Shown: positions 36,214 through 47,118 of the stretch, piece after piece
How positions within the stretch are numbered: the stretch's first letter is position 1
Layout of the letters: the number at the start of each line of letters is the position of its first letter
DNA from: a virus
Taxonomy: Duplodnaviria > Caudoviricetes
Direction: 5' to 3' (one strand)
Virus record (IMG/VR): IMGVR_UViG_3300013947_000024
Coordinates: 1 to 64,000 of that record
DNA length: 64,000 bases
Translations under genes and position numbers: made by a program
Notes under the pieces: model-generated
What the model saw: the letters and a program-made list of their open reading frames with translations, nothing else
Database searches by the model: none
What the model was told of the DNA's origin: nothing

Positions 36214-38940
36214 ATGAATCAAGACAATATGCTTTTCGGTCAACTTAACCAAGAGATCGAATTGCTTGAATATATCGGGGAAGACACTGATACGGCTAAG
36301 GTTACTGTCGATGGAAAAGCACAGGCAATTGCTGTTGATGTTAAGAAAGTACCGAACAAACTTGTTATCACGGAAGATAGCACAGGAGAAACTCTTATAC
36401 ATGAGTTCGATGGCTCTTCTGAAACTCTTGTAGATCTGACTGGATATGCAAAAGAGGAAGCGACACAAGAAAAACTTGATGCTAAAAGAGACAAGATTGT
36501 AAGAGATGAGACACAAGACCCTCAGTATACTCTTGTCTATTCGCAGAACACTAACGGAGTAGAATCTTCTATCCCTACTACGACCTCTGCTGTTGCTGGA
36601 TCTATTCCTATCCGTAATGCTAACGGAAACTTAATCGGTTACCAAGCACAAGGGCAGGAATACACGCCGTTTTCTCAGGTAGATGCAATTGCTAAAACCA
36701 AGGTCGCAAAGATCACAATACCCAGTGGTAATCCTGCAAAAGTATATGGAGCCAACTCTGCTGGCGAGACCTCTATTCCTGTAGACAAATCCGCTTTAGC
36801 TGATGCTATTGCATGGAGAAACGCAAAGGGGAATCTTGTTGGCAACGACGCCACTGCTGATAACGAGTACACCATTTTATCTCAGGTCAACGCAATTACC
36901 CAAAAAGAAGTAGCAGACTTAGGAGCGGACATCGACGGTAGGCTTTATGAAGTAGAAGAAGATGTACAGACCAAGTATGATAACAGTGTCCATAGAACAA
37001 AGTTGCCTTCGAATCAGGCGGCAAGAGTATACACCGAATATTATGATACTGCAACAGGCACATCTAAGCAAGGGAGTACCGCATATAGTCCCAGTGCTCA
37101 GGCTGGGTACTTTGCTATGCGTACTTCTAACGGACAGCTTAATGCCCCTAATCAGGCTACTTATGAACCGAGTGATGATCAATTCGTTTCTAAGAGATTC
37201 ACCAGCGCTCATTATGTTCCTATAAATGGGAATAGTACAATCACTGGTAATCTTGCTATTACTGGAGATTTAGCTGTATCTGGTACAACTACAACTGAAC
37301 ATCAGAGTCAGCTTTTTGTAGATGCAAATGTCATTGCCACTAACTCTAACAAACAACCTCTTCAGACTGCGTTGTCTGGTCTTGCGATTAACAAGAATGA
37401 AACTTCGACCTATGGTATCATGTATGATCCTTCTGATGATACTGTGAAATTTGGAGAAGGCACTCTTGACGCTGATAATAAGTTTGTGTTTAATACCGGT
37501 GAAGGACACCCTCTTGCTATTCGCGCAGATAGTTCTAAATTCACCGATACTCATCTTGTAAAATGGGATGCAGATTCTATGAGTTTTGTGGATGCGGGCA
37601 TTTCTCTTCTTGGCGGAGACAATGACGCAAAGGAAGCGATTCAGCAGAAGAAACAAACAGGGACTAAGGGAGATGTATTCTATAATACCATTGTAGGATA
37701 TGCGATGAACGATCCCGAAGGGAAAACTGTTGGATTTGATGCGTATAATAAGTATATAGACCCGATCACACACCGAGAAGAAGATAGCGCTACGCCAATT
37801 CTGAATACAGCCGATTACTCCACTGTACTTGGTGGCATTTCCGAAAATACAGCTGGAGAACCTACCGTTGTTCGTCCGCAATGGTCAAGTGACGCAACAA
37901 TCTCTTTTATTGCAGGAAAAAGAAATATTAACTTCGGCAAACATAACGCAATCTTCAATACAGACAATATTGCTTATGGCGCTGACTCATTTATCGCTGG
38001 ACTTCAAAATATTGCCGTTCAAGATGCTGTCAGTATGCTTGGAATGGGACTTATCGCAAATAAGTACGGACAGGTCGTCGTTGGTAGGTGTAATGAACCA
38101 GATGACAGCGCTCGTTTCATTGTTGGCGGTGGATGGCAAGCCGTAAGAGTCGACGGAACCAATCCCGACGGTTCTAAAAGATATGTTCTCGACTCAATTA
38201 CTCGTAAGAACCTTCTAACCGTTAACGATGATGGCGATACGCATTCTTCTGGCAGAATGATTGCTGATGGTGCACCAGTCGGAGATACAGATGTTACGAG
38301 GCTGAAAGAGCTCAATGGTGTCAAGGAATCCCTTTCAGATGATATAAACACCGCTATTACAACCGAAACTGATAGAGCTAAGGAAGAAGAAGAGAAACTT
38401 CAAACCAACATCAATGGCAAGGTAGATAAACTTCTCAAAGATGATCTTACTACCAGAGTATATGCGCAGGAGAAAGATGGAACAGAGACTTTCATTGTCG
38501 CCTCTGTTAATGCTGATGTTAATACCATTCCTTTAAGAGATGATAAAGGAAATATTACTGCTCCTGATCAGACCACCGATGCTCCTGCTGGAAATCAGTT
38601 CATTTCTCTTGATTATGCAGATGGCAGGTATGTTAAGGGCGCGCTTCCTACTATTGGTACCTCTACATCTTCAACCGATCTTAAGAAGATTGTTTATACT
38701 GCCGATGCAGATATTCCCGCTACTCCAGAAGAAGGGGTAGAGTATGCGGTCACTGATTTTATTAGTGAAGCCGATCTTGATAATGCTCTTGCTACTAAAA
38801 TCAATAATGCTCAAGAGAAACTTACTTTTGATACTACTCCTACTTCTGGCTCTACTAATCCCGTTACTTCTGGAGGAATTTATGATGCTATCTCTAAATT
38901 CCTTACTATTCAAGTTTCAGATAGCCTGATGGGAGGCTGA
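36214..38940 (+). CDS. Tail fibre/receptor-binding protein (908 aa)
   Basis: ITGNLAITGDLAVSG beta-repeats, YadA-like head segments, modules shared with ORFs 40490 and 47119. Confidence 0.7.
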   Translation: MNQDNMLFGQLNQEIELLEYIGEDTDTAKVTVDGKAQAIAVDVKKVPNKLVITEDSTGETLIHEFDGSSETLVDLTGYAKEEATQEKLDAKRDKIVRDETQDPQYTLVYSQNTNGVESSIPTTTSAVAGSIPIRNANGNLIGYQAQGQEYTPFSQVDAIAKTKVAKITIPSGNPAKVYGANSAGETSIPVDKSALADAIAWRNAKGNLVGNDATADNEYTILSQVNAITQKEVADLGADIDGRLYEVEEDVQTKYDNSVHRTKLPSNQAARVYTEYYDTATGTSKQGSTAYSPSAQAGYFAMRTSNGQLNAPNQATYEPSDDQFVSKRFTSAHYVPINGNSTITGNLAITGDLAVSGTTTTEHQSQLFVDANVIATNSNKQPLQTALSGLAINKNETSTYGIMYDPSDDTVKFGEGTLDADNKFVFNTGEGHPLAIRADSSKFTDTHLVKWDADSMSFVDAGISLLGGDNDAKEAIQQKKQTGTKGDVFYNTIVGYAMNDPEGKTVGFDAYNKYIDPITHREEDSATPILNTADYSTVLGGISENTAGEPTVVRPQWSSDATISFIAGKRNINFGKHNAIFNTDNIAYGADSFIAGLQNIAVQDAVSMLGMGLIANKYGQVVVGRCNEPDDSARFIVGGGWQAVRVDGTNPDGSKRYVLDSITRKNLLTVNDDGDTHSSGRMIADGAPVGDTDVTRLKELNGVKESLSDDINTAITTETDRAKEEEEKLQTNINGKVDKLLKDDLTTRVYAQEKDGTETFIVASVNADVNTIPLRDDKGNITAPDQTTDAPAGNQFISLDYADGRYVKGALPTIGTSTSSTDLKKIVYTADADIPATPEEGVEYAVTDFISEADLDNALATKINNAQEKLTFDTTPTSGSTNPVTSGGIYDAISKFLTIQVSDSLMGG

Positions 38941-38946
38941 TGATTT

Positions 38947-39867
38947 ATGAGTTATAAGAAAGTATTGATTACTGGATCAGACGGTTCTTATTGTACAAGT
39001 TATAAAAAAGCATTGATTGCGAATACAAAGAACCTCTTTAATCCTGCTACGGCTAATATTATAGATCATACAACTTATTTTACCCCCACAGGTGGCTCGA
39101 CTACTCATTTCTATAAAATGGCGGTTGAAGCAGGGACAACCTATTATGCGTCATTTGATTTATATGCTCAAGGAGCTAATGAACTAGGATTAGGCATTCA
39201 AACAGGAGATCACTATAGAGATGGTGAGCAACTTGCGATCAATTTAATTGGGCAAGAATCTACCAAAGGATTCGTTCGACATACTGTAAAATTTACAGTC
39301 CCCGCTGACATTACGGAGGTCACTTTTTCAGGATTGCTACCTAATCAATATCGCAACTTCCAAATTGAAAAAGGTGATAGTGCTACTTCTTATGTTCCTT
39401 ATGGATATCTAAATGAAACAAAATCTGCTCTTATCACTCCGACAATCAATCTATTTGATGAAAGTAAAATCATTAAAAAAATCCAACATGATGGCTACTG
39501 GACTTCTTCAGCTGATATTTCTGGAACAACGGGTCACTTTTATGTGATGACAGTTGAACCTAATACGACTTATACTGTTATAAGCGGCTGCTATAATTCT
39601 ACGGCAGGCGACAATAATTTGCTATATTCGGTACAAGTTGGCAACAGTTTCTATGATTATACTACAAGACTTGTCACAGGTCTCGTAGCTTCTTCAAACA
39701 AAGGCTGGAATCGGAGACCATATACTTTTACTGTTCCTGCCAATGTTATGGAAGTCACATTTTCTGCTTTTACTACTACGCAATTTAGGGGGTTTATGGT
39801 GATAAAAGGAAATATCCCTACTGCGACTGCAATTAAACAGCCATACATTCCATATCAATACATTTAA
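38947..39867 (+). CDS. Tail-associated protein with two carbohydrate-binding-like domains
   Basis: Duplicated NLF...GHFY.M.VE..TTY...FTVPA...EVTFS; QIEKG..ATSYVPY. Confidence 0.65.
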   Translation: MSYKKVLITGSDGSYCTSYKKALIANTKNLFNPATANIIDHTTYFTPTGGSTTHFYKMAVEAGTTYYASFDLYAQGANELGLGIQTGDHYRDGEQLAINLIGQESTKGFVRHTVKFTVPADITEVTFSGLLPNQYRNFQIEKGDSATSYVPYGYLNETKSALITPTINLFDESKIIKKIQHDGYWTSSADISGTTGHFYVMTVEPNTTYTVISGCYNSTAGDNNLLYSVQVGNSFYDYTTRLVTGLVASSNKGWNRRPYTFTVPANVMEVTFSAFTTTQFRGFMVIKGNIPTATAIKQPYIPYQYI

Positions 39868-39882
39868 GAGAGGAGGAGACTT

Positions 39883-40485
39883 ATGGCGACAGCTTATAAA
39901 AATAAAATATATACTGGCAAAAATATTACTTGGAATCAGTTAATTCAAGATAATACTGGTTTAACCACAAGAACAGTAAATGGAATAACCTATACAAACA
40001 ATAAAGATGGCACATTTACAGTTTCTGGTATTGCTACCACTGTTTCAACTTGTATTGTTGGAAAATTTACAAATCTTGACTCCTCTCATAAATATCTTTA
40101 TTGTGGCACTCCGTATGGTGGAGCGGGTAATACTTATTCAATGAGAGTCTATGCGTCTGGGGTGGGTCAGTCCGTTGCTTCAGACCTTGGAGAGGGTGCT
40201 GTTATTACTGGAACAAGCGCCAATGAGATGAGAGTTGTTATTGCTGGCACAAATAAAGATTTTGGAATCTTGACATTTACTCCTCAACTCTTCGACCTCA
40301 CTCTTATGTTTGGAGCGGGAAATGAGCCTGCAACAGCTACTGAGTTTTGGAGCCATTTTGATAGAAAGTATTATCCATATAATACTGGAGAAAGTCAGCC
40401 TCTCTTCTTGATTAGTAGAAAGAGAAAGATTAAATCAGGCGATGCCACTCTAATAAGTTATAAGACAAAGATAAAGGAGGGATAA
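39883..40485 (+). CDS. Tail-associated protein
   Basis: NGITYTNN.DGT.TVSG, FDLT.MFGAGNEP. Confidence 0.6.
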   Translation: MATAYKNKIYTGKNITWNQLIQDNTGLTTRTVNGITYTNNKDGTFTVSGIATTVSTCIVGKFTNLDSSHKYLYCGTPYGGAGNTYSMRVYASGVGQSVASDLGEGAVITGTSANEMRVVIAGTNKDFGILTFTPQLFDLTLMFGAGNEPATATEFWSHFDRKYYPYNTGESQPLFLISRKRKIKSGDATLISYKTKIKEG

Positions 40486-40489
40486 ACGA

Positions 40490-42451
40490 ATGGCAGAAAT
40501 TACAATGAAACCTATTACAAGACAACAAACAAGATATATGACAAGAGCCGAATTCGATGCTCTTGATAAAACTACCGTTTCTGTCGGTACTGAAATTTGT
40601 ATCGTAGATCAAATTCAAAAAGAGGATTTATCTACTGATTTACAAAATGCGATAACCAAAGCGGAAGATTCTCTTTCTGCTACTGGCGGGACTGTATCAG
40701 GTGATCTTACAGTATCTGGAAATCTTACCGTTAATGGCACGACCACAACGATTGAGTCTACTACTCTTAAAGTAAAAGACAAACTTATTGAAGTCGCCTC
40801 TGACAATACCGTTGCTCTTACTACTCCCGCTGGTATGGTTGCTCCTAAATATGACGGAACGAATAGTGGCGCTCTTGTGTTTGACTATACAGGTACTGCG
40901 TATGTTGGTGATGTTACTCTTAATGCGGATGGAAATATTGATGTTGGCTCATCTGAACTTCAGCCTCTTGCTACGAGAAATCTTTCTTCTGATGATGACG
41001 GAAAACTTGTTCAGTGGGACGAGACCAATAAGACACTGGTAGCTTCTACTAAGTCTTTTGATGATGTCAGCTCTGCTACCAATCTTCAGAATGGCACTGG
41101 CACAAATACTCTTCAGCAGGCTCCCGCACAGTCTACATTTATCAATACGATTGTTGGATATACGAAGAACGACTCCGAAGGTTCTACCGCAGGTGTTGAT
41201 GCTTATGGAGCTTATGTAGACCCAGTCATTTACAACGCTACTGACAATACAACAACAGTGGTGAATAGTGGCGAGAATACCGTTATGCTCGGTGGACTCT
41301 CTCATAGTGCTCACGGAGTCCCTACTGCTGTTCGACCTGACTACACAGGAGATGCCACACAATCCTTTATCTTTGGTCGAAGAAATATCAATATCGGAGA
41401 CTATAATGCCGTTTTCAATACAGATAATATTATTTATGGCGATAACTGTTTCGTAAGCGGATTGAGAAATGTTTCTCTCGCTAATGAGACTACTATGCTT
41501 GGTACAGGACTTGTTAGCAATCACTTAAGACAAATTGTTCTTGGATATTGCAACGAACCTGATGACACTTCTCGCTTTATGATCGGTGGCGGTTGGATGA
41601 CCCAACATAAAGACGGAACTAATCCAGATGGCTCCAATAAGTATGTTCTTGATTCTATCACTCGCAGAACAATCTTCAAAGTAAGTGAGACAGGCGATAC
41701 TTATGCTTATGGTAAGATGAGCGCGAGACTGACTCCTACCGATGATATTGATGTTGTTAGACTGCAGGAGTTGAATAATAAGTCAACAGAGTTAAGTACA
41801 CAATTTGATAATAAACTTAATGGCAAACTTGATAAGCTCACTCCAAAAACAAGCAGTTTGTTGTATGGTCTTACTCCCGAAGGTAATAATATCGGATTCT
41901 CTACGGGCACTGCTACTGTGTCGCAGTACGCTATCCCTCAGAGAGGTACAAATGGTCAGATTGCAATGCCTAACCAGATCACCTATGCACCTACTGATGA
42001 CCAAGCTATCTCCAAGAGATTTGCAGATAATACTTATGTATTAAAAGGTGAGTCTCCTTCTGGTTCCTCAGCTTCATGGCATGATACTGCACCATCTGAT
42101 ACGAGCAAAGTGTTAATGACGGAGATCACAATTAATCCAGCTTCTACAGATGAGGCTTATATTTTCCATGACTCTAAGTGCATTGTTGCTGGTTATCAAG
42201 TGAATGCCATCAGAGGAACATTCCCGTTGAGTTATCTCACTGAAGAATCGAGATATTGGTATGGCTCTTTTACTGGAACTGTATCTGCTTCTGGTAGCAC
42301 ATCCACTCTGGTAGGTGCTTCAACTATCTCTCTTGCTGGCGTTGTTAATGCGGCTACTGCTCAGAGCGGTGATACCGCTGGGACAACGACATATGCGTAT
42401 GATGGCGGAGATTATAACGACGCCTCTGTGACGTTCAGATTCTTATATTAA
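40490..42451 (+). CDS. Tail fibre/receptor-binding protein (653 aa), paralog of ORF 36214
   Basis: GGTVSGDLTVSGNLTVNG; shared NTIVGY...LDSITR domain. Confidence 0.7.
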   Translation: MAEITMKPITRQQTRYMTRAEFDALDKTTVSVGTEICIVDQIQKEDLSTDLQNAITKAEDSLSATGGTVSGDLTVSGNLTVNGTTTTIESTTLKVKDKLIEVASDNTVALTTPAGMVAPKYDGTNSGALVFDYTGTAYVGDVTLNADGNIDVGSSELQPLATRNLSSDDDGKLVQWDETNKTLVASTKSFDDVSSATNLQNGTGTNTLQQAPAQSTFINTIVGYTKNDSEGSTAGVDAYGAYVDPVIYNATDNTTTVVNSGENTVMLGGLSHSAHGVPTAVRPDYTGDATQSFIFGRRNINIGDYNAVFNTDNIIYGDNCFVSGLRNVSLANETTMLGTGLVSNHLRQIVLGYCNEPDDTSRFMIGGGWMTQHKDGTNPDGSNKYVLDSITRRTIFKVSETGDTYAYGKMSARLTPTDDIDVVRLQELNNKSTELSTQFDNKLNGKLDKLTPKTSSLLYGLTPEGNNIGFSTGTATVSQYAIPQRGTNGQIAMPNQITYAPTDDQAISKRFADNTYVLKGESPSGSSASWHDTAPSDTSKVLMTEITINPASTDEAYIFHDSKCIVAGYQVNAIRGTFPLSYLTEESRYWYGSFTGTVSASGSTSTLVGASTISLAGVVNAATAQSGDTAGTTTYAYDGGDYNDASVTFRFLY

Positions 42452-42583
42452 ACGAAATAAACACTCTACAAGGCTTCTAATTGTTTTGGTAGGTAAATTA
42501 TATACCCAAACGCATTTCGCGCGTTATAGCGAATTCTGGAGCCTTGTAGAGCCATATTATTGAAGAAAGGAAGATATATTATT

Positions 42584-42889
42584 ATGCAAATGCGTGAATA
42601 CAAGTTCCAGTATCAACTTAACGGCAAGAATATTGTCCGTATTGAAGCCGTTTCTGATTCTGTACCAGCAGAAATGCCAACCTCTGACAAGATTGACGGC
42701 TTCCCTCAGATGTGGGCACCAGAAACAATTCAATGGGCGGCTGGTAGTCTTGTGTATGTAGTGAATACTGGAGACACCTACATGGCAAATGAAAGCGGTG
42801 TGTTCAAAAAGGTTATTCAAAGCAGTTCTTCTTCTGGTGGTGGCGGCACTGGCGGAGACGATCCTGATGGTGAGACTACCTACTTCTAA
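42584..42889 (+). CDS. Small structural protein
   Basis: AAGS.V....G..Y.A motif, Gly/Ser tail. Confidence 0.5.
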   Translation: MQMREYKFQYQLNGKNIVRIEAVSDSVPAEMPTSDKIDGFPQMWAPETIQWAAGSLVYVVNTGDTYMANESGVFKKVIQSSSSSGGGGTGGDDPDGETTYF

Positions 42890-42912
42890 TGTTGATGGAG
42901 TGATAGCACATT

Positions 42913-43407
42913 ATGAAATTTGCCTGTGGACCGAAAGAGCGAATTTTAAATGCCATTTCTTCTGGTAAAATAGCAAAAGAGTCGTTGATTCTTACAAGTG
43001 ATGACACGATTGTAGAAATCTTATTTTACGACAAAGACGGGCAACTAAAACAAGCAGATAGAAAATCAAAATTTACCTCCCTTGATGAGGCTCGTACATG
43101 GGCTACTGCATGGGGAGAAGAGGGAGATCTTATCACAGTCAAAGGAAGTGCTGGTTGGCTCCCTTACTATGTTGATACAGATAAGACAGTAAAACAACTT
43201 CCTTCTTCTGGTGGAGGAAGTTCTGGATCATCTGAGGGAATTCAATTCTTTAACTCTGATTTAGATTTTCCTACTAACGGAAGCCATAATATGTTGTATG
43301 TCGATTATGAAAATCGGTATCTGTATTTATGGGATTCTACGGAGGCGAAATACGCTCCGATGAATTATAATTTCCAAAACATTATTATAAATGGAGGACA
43401 AATTTAG
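42913..43407 (+). CDS. Structural protein
   Basis: FP..G....LYVD...Y.W motif; ends INGGQI. Confidence 0.5.
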   Translation: MKFACGPKERILNAISSGKIAKESLILTSDDTIVEILFYDKDGQLKQADRKSKFTSLDEARTWATAWGEEGDLITVKGSAGWLPYYVDTDKTVKQLPSSGGGSSGSSEGIQFFNSDLDFPTNGSHNMLYVDYENRYLYLWDSTEAKYAPMNYNFQNIIINGGQI

Positions 43408-43408
43408 T

Positions 43409-44677
43409 ATGGCACAAAACACTATTTTGACCACGATTCAGAACAAGCGTGGTCCTGCCGCTAACTGGCAGACAAAGAACCCCGTGCTTGCGGCTGGCGA
43501 GATTGGCGTTGAAACCGACACTCACAAATTTAAGTTTGGTGACGGCGCTACCGCATGGAACGATCTTGCTTATGCTGGTGCAGACGAGGCTCAGATCAAT
43601 GGTCTGATCGCGGCGGCAGAAGACAGATACTTCTCTGTTGTTCGTAATGCTGACGAAGCCGACAACGACGCTATTGCAAGAGCACTCGGAGAAGAGACTG
43701 CAAGCAAGGGCGATATTTGTGTTATCAAGACTGCGCTCGGAACCACTCCTGAATCCTATTCCTTTATGGGATATGTATTCGACGGAGAAAACTGGGGTGC
43801 TATGGATGGCAACATTAGTTCCGAGAACGTTATCCTGTCTAAGGACATCGTGTGCGCTGGCGCGTATACACAGGTCGGAAACATCACAAAGTCTCAGTCT
43901 GGTACTACCACAATCTCTGGAAAGGGCAAGACACTGAACAAGGTTCTTGAATCTATCTTTACGAAGGAACAGAACCCCTCTAAACCCACTCCTACTTGTG
44001 GTGTTACTCTTACTGGTGCTGGCGCAAAGGAAGTTGGTACGGTATTCACTCCTGCTTATACGACTTCTTTCGATAAGAAAGCATACGCTTATGCTCCTAC
44101 CGACACTGGTGTTACGGTAACTGCATGGGAAGTCAAAGACAGCAACGATGTTACGAAGACGACTGCTACTGGCACTTTTGATTCGTTCACTGTTACTGAA
44201 ACCACGAACTATAAGCTGACTGCTAAAGCTACTTATAGCGATGGTAATATTCCTAAGACAAACCTTGGTAATGATTATCCTGCTTCTCAGATTAAGGCTG
44301 GCACCACTGCTTCTGTCAACTCTTCTGCTGTCACTGGTTATCGTAACTGGTTCTATGGTTATAAGAACGCTTCCGGTGTTCTTGATGTTACCGCACTTGA
44401 TTCTGCTAAGATTCGTGCTCTTACCGCTCGCAACGGTTCTTTCCCCGCTACGATTGACACGAACGGAATGCAACAGATGTTCTTTGCTATTCCTGCTGGC
44501 AAGAAGAGCTCGGTTAAGTGTTCTAACAATGTCAACGGCGCTCCCTGCACGATGGTAAAGACTACTGTCAGTGTTGAAGGTGCTAATGGATTTACTGCAA
44601 TTGATTACGATGTTTGGTATGTCAACTCTGCTTCTGCGGACAGTGGCGCCAACACTTACAAGATCGTTGTGGCTTAA
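43409..44677 (+). CDS. Tail protein with Mtd_N/hyaluronidase-N-like domain
   Basis: W...NPVLAAGEIGVETDTHKFKFGDG.T.WNDL.Y. Confidence 0.75.
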   Translation: MAQNTILTTIQNKRGPAANWQTKNPVLAAGEIGVETDTHKFKFGDGATAWNDLAYAGADEAQINGLIAAAEDRYFSVVRNADEADNDAIARALGEETASKGDICVIKTALGTTPESYSFMGYVFDGENWGAMDGNISSENVILSKDIVCAGAYTQVGNITKSQSGTTTISGKGKTLNKVLESIFTKEQNPSKPTPTCGVTLTGAGAKEVGTVFTPAYTTSFDKKAYAYAPTDTGVTVTAWEVKDSNDVTKTTATGTFDSFTVTETTNYKLTAKATYSDGNIPKTNLGNDYPASQIKAGTTASVNSSAVTGYRNWFYGYKNASGVLDVTALDSAKIRALTARNGSFPATIDTNGMQQMFFAIPAGKKSSVKCSNNVNGAPCTMVKTTVSVEGANGFTAIDYDVWYVNSASADSGANTYKIVVA

Positions 44678-44698
44678 TGAGGATGGAGGAATAATAAC

Positions 44699-47092
44699 AT
44701 GACAAGAGAAGAATTTTTTGCCGCTAAAAACGCTGGTGCCCTTTGGGATGTCGGCGTAAGTATTAACAGAACTAACCCTCTGCCTCTGGATAAAAACGCG
44801 GTATTTGACACTCTCGAAAACGCACAGGCATATGCCGAAGGCGTCCTTGCTTATCCTGGTCAGTTTATCGCCGTTGTTGGCGAAACCGCCGTTGATGGCT
44901 ACCTGATTGTAAAGGCTGGAACTGGCGCAGAACTTAGAAAGCTCGCGTCGCAGACTGCAAGCGGAGATATCGTTTCTGACCTGAACTCACTGGCTACCAG
45001 AGTAAGCGGTCTCGAAACTTCAGTTGGAGATATCAAGGCTGAAATCGGTGCCAAGAAAGACGGTGACACTGCCGCTACTGGTATCTACAAGTATGTCGAC
45101 GACGCTGTTTCTGCCGCTACTCCTGATGGATACGACGGCGTAAAGGCTGATGTTGCAAAGCTCGTCGGTACAGACAAGGGTGAAGATGGCAGAGCTAACA
45201 AAACGGTTAGAGAGATTGCAAAAGCCGAAGCAGAAGCCGCAGTTAAGGTTGTCATGGGTGAGGATGTCAACGAAGCATACGACACCCTGAAAGAGATTTC
45301 TGACTGGATTGGTACTCACGGACAGGAAGCTACTGACCTTACAACTCGTGTTAAGGCGAACGAAGATGCGATTACAAAGCTCAACGACGAAGCCACTGTT
45401 GAGGGTTCCGTAGCTCACACTGTTAAGACCGCTATTGATGGCGCTCTTAAAGCTGACGGAAAAGATAAGTATGCTCTTGCTTCTGAGCTTGCTACCACTA
45501 ATACAAATGTCGAGACGGCTAACGGTAAAATCACTGCTCTTGAGACGAAGACTGCTGGTCTGAAGAACGCAGATGGTGAGGATGTTACTGTTAAGGCTTA
45601 TGTAGATGCTGGCGACAATGCTCTCGACGCGAAGATTACCGCTGTCGATCAGAAGGTGGGTAATCTTGGGGCTCTTGCTTCCAAGAGTGAGGTTGCAGAG
45701 GCTGACCTCGCTTCTGCTCTGAAAACAAAGATTGATGGTAAGGCTGATAAAGCTACAACCCTTGCTGGATATGGTATTACTGACGCATATACGAAGTCTG
45801 GTGCTGATGATGCTATCTCTGGTGCTATTGACGCTCTTAAACTTGGCACGATGGCTAAAGAGAGTGCGGCTGATTACAGCAAGACGACGGTTCTCAACGG
45901 AAACGCAGAAACTGACACAGCCGAATCCAATACATTCGCTGGCGTAAGAAAGTATGCCGACTCTAAGGCTTCCTCTGCTCTCACCGATGCCAAGACTTAT
46001 GCTGATGGTCTTGTTGGTGCTGACAGCGCTATTGCTGGTAGAGTGGCTGATCTTGAAAGTAAGCACGCCACTGGTAAGACGGTTGCTCAGGAAGTAACTG
46101 CTGGTATTGAGGCTCTTGATCTTGCTAATACGTATGCGGCAAAGACTCATGCCCACGCGATGACCGATGTTACAGGTCTTTCTGATGAACTTGCGAAATA
46201 TGCGACGACTGATAGCGTTCAGACGATTGCTGAAGGACTGAACACCAAAATAGGATCAATCACTGGGTTTGATTCGATGAGGGCATATGTGGATGATGTC
46301 ACTGGTGCAATCAATAGTGCCGCTAATAGTGCGGAAGCGGGCGTTGCGGCGATCAACACCAAGATCGGCGCAGTCCCCAATGACAAGACTATCGTTGGGA
46401 TGATCGCCGATGCAAAGACCGAGGCTACCTATGACGACGCCGAAGTTAAAGCTAGCATTGCTGACAACAAGGCAAAGATCGAGACTCTTAATGGTGCTGA
46501 GACAGTTGATGGGTCTGTTAAAAAGACTGTTAAAGACGCCATCAATGAGTGGGCAAATCAGGTCACAGAAGACAATAACACCATAGATACCTTCAAAGAG
46601 TTGGTCGATTATGCCGCGTCGCATACTGCAGAATATTCCACACTCGCTGGCGAGGTTCAGTCCAACACAGATAAGATTGCCACTCTCAACGGAGAGGGTG
46701 TCGGCTCCGTCAAGAAAACCGTCGCTGACGCAATTGACAAGATTGGTATTGGCGAATACGCGAAAACCGCTGATATTGAAGCTGGTTATGTTGCTAAAGA
46801 AGAAGGCAAGAGCCTTGTTTCTGACACCGAAATCACAAAGCTCGGAAAGCTGGCTGGTAACGAGCAAGCAAACGTTATTGAAGCGATCAAGGTCGCTGGC
46901 GCAGATGCTGATCTTGCTATTACTGGCAAGAAGGTCACTATCCCTTATGCTACCGAAGATACTGCGGGTATCGTAAAGATCAGCGACGAAGTTGGTCTTA
47001 ATGCAAGCAATCAGCTTGAACTTAAGAAGGTTTCTACCGACCTTCTCTTCAATGGAGTGAACGAACTCATTCTTAACGGTGGAGAAATTTAA
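44699..47092 (+). CDS. Long coiled-coil tail fibre protein
   Basis: DTLKEI..WI, GSV..TV repeats, TTLAGYGITDAY, H.H..V.GL; ends LNGGEI. Confidence 0.75.
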   Translation: MTREEFFAAKNAGALWDVGVSINRTNPLPLDKNAVFDTLENAQAYAEGVLAYPGQFIAVVGETAVDGYLIVKAGTGAELRKLASQTASGDIVSDLNSLATRVSGLETSVGDIKAEIGAKKDGDTAATGIYKYVDDAVSAATPDGYDGVKADVAKLVGTDKGEDGRANKTVREIAKAEAEAAVKVVMGEDVNEAYDTLKEISDWIGTHGQEATDLTTRVKANEDAITKLNDEATVEGSVAHTVKTAIDGALKADGKDKYALASELATTNTNVETANGKITALETKTAGLKNADGEDVTVKAYVDAGDNALDAKITAVDQKVGNLGALASKSEVAEADLASALKTKIDGKADKATTLAGYGITDAYTKSGADDAISGAIDALKLGTMAKESAADYSKTTVLNGNAETDTAESNTFAGVRKYADSKASSALTDAKTYADGLVGADSAIAGRVADLESKHATGKTVAQEVTAGIEALDLANTYAAKTHAHAMTDVTGLSDELAKYATTDSVQTIAEGLNTKIGSITGFDSMRAYVDDVTGAINSAANSAEAGVAAINTKIGAVPNDKTIVGMIADAKTEATYDDAEVKASIADNKAKIETLNGAETVDGSVKKTVKDAINEWANQVTEDNNTIDTFKELVDYAASHTAEYSTLAGEVQSNTDKIATLNGEGVGSVKKTVADAIDKIGIGEYAKTADIEAGYVAKEEGKSLVSDTEITKLGKLAGNEQANVIEAIKVAGADADLAITGKKVTIPYATEDTAGIVKISDEVGLNASNQLELKKVSTDLLFNGVNELILNGGEI

Positions 47093-47118
47093 TCTATAAC
47101 AGCGGAGGGTAACAACCT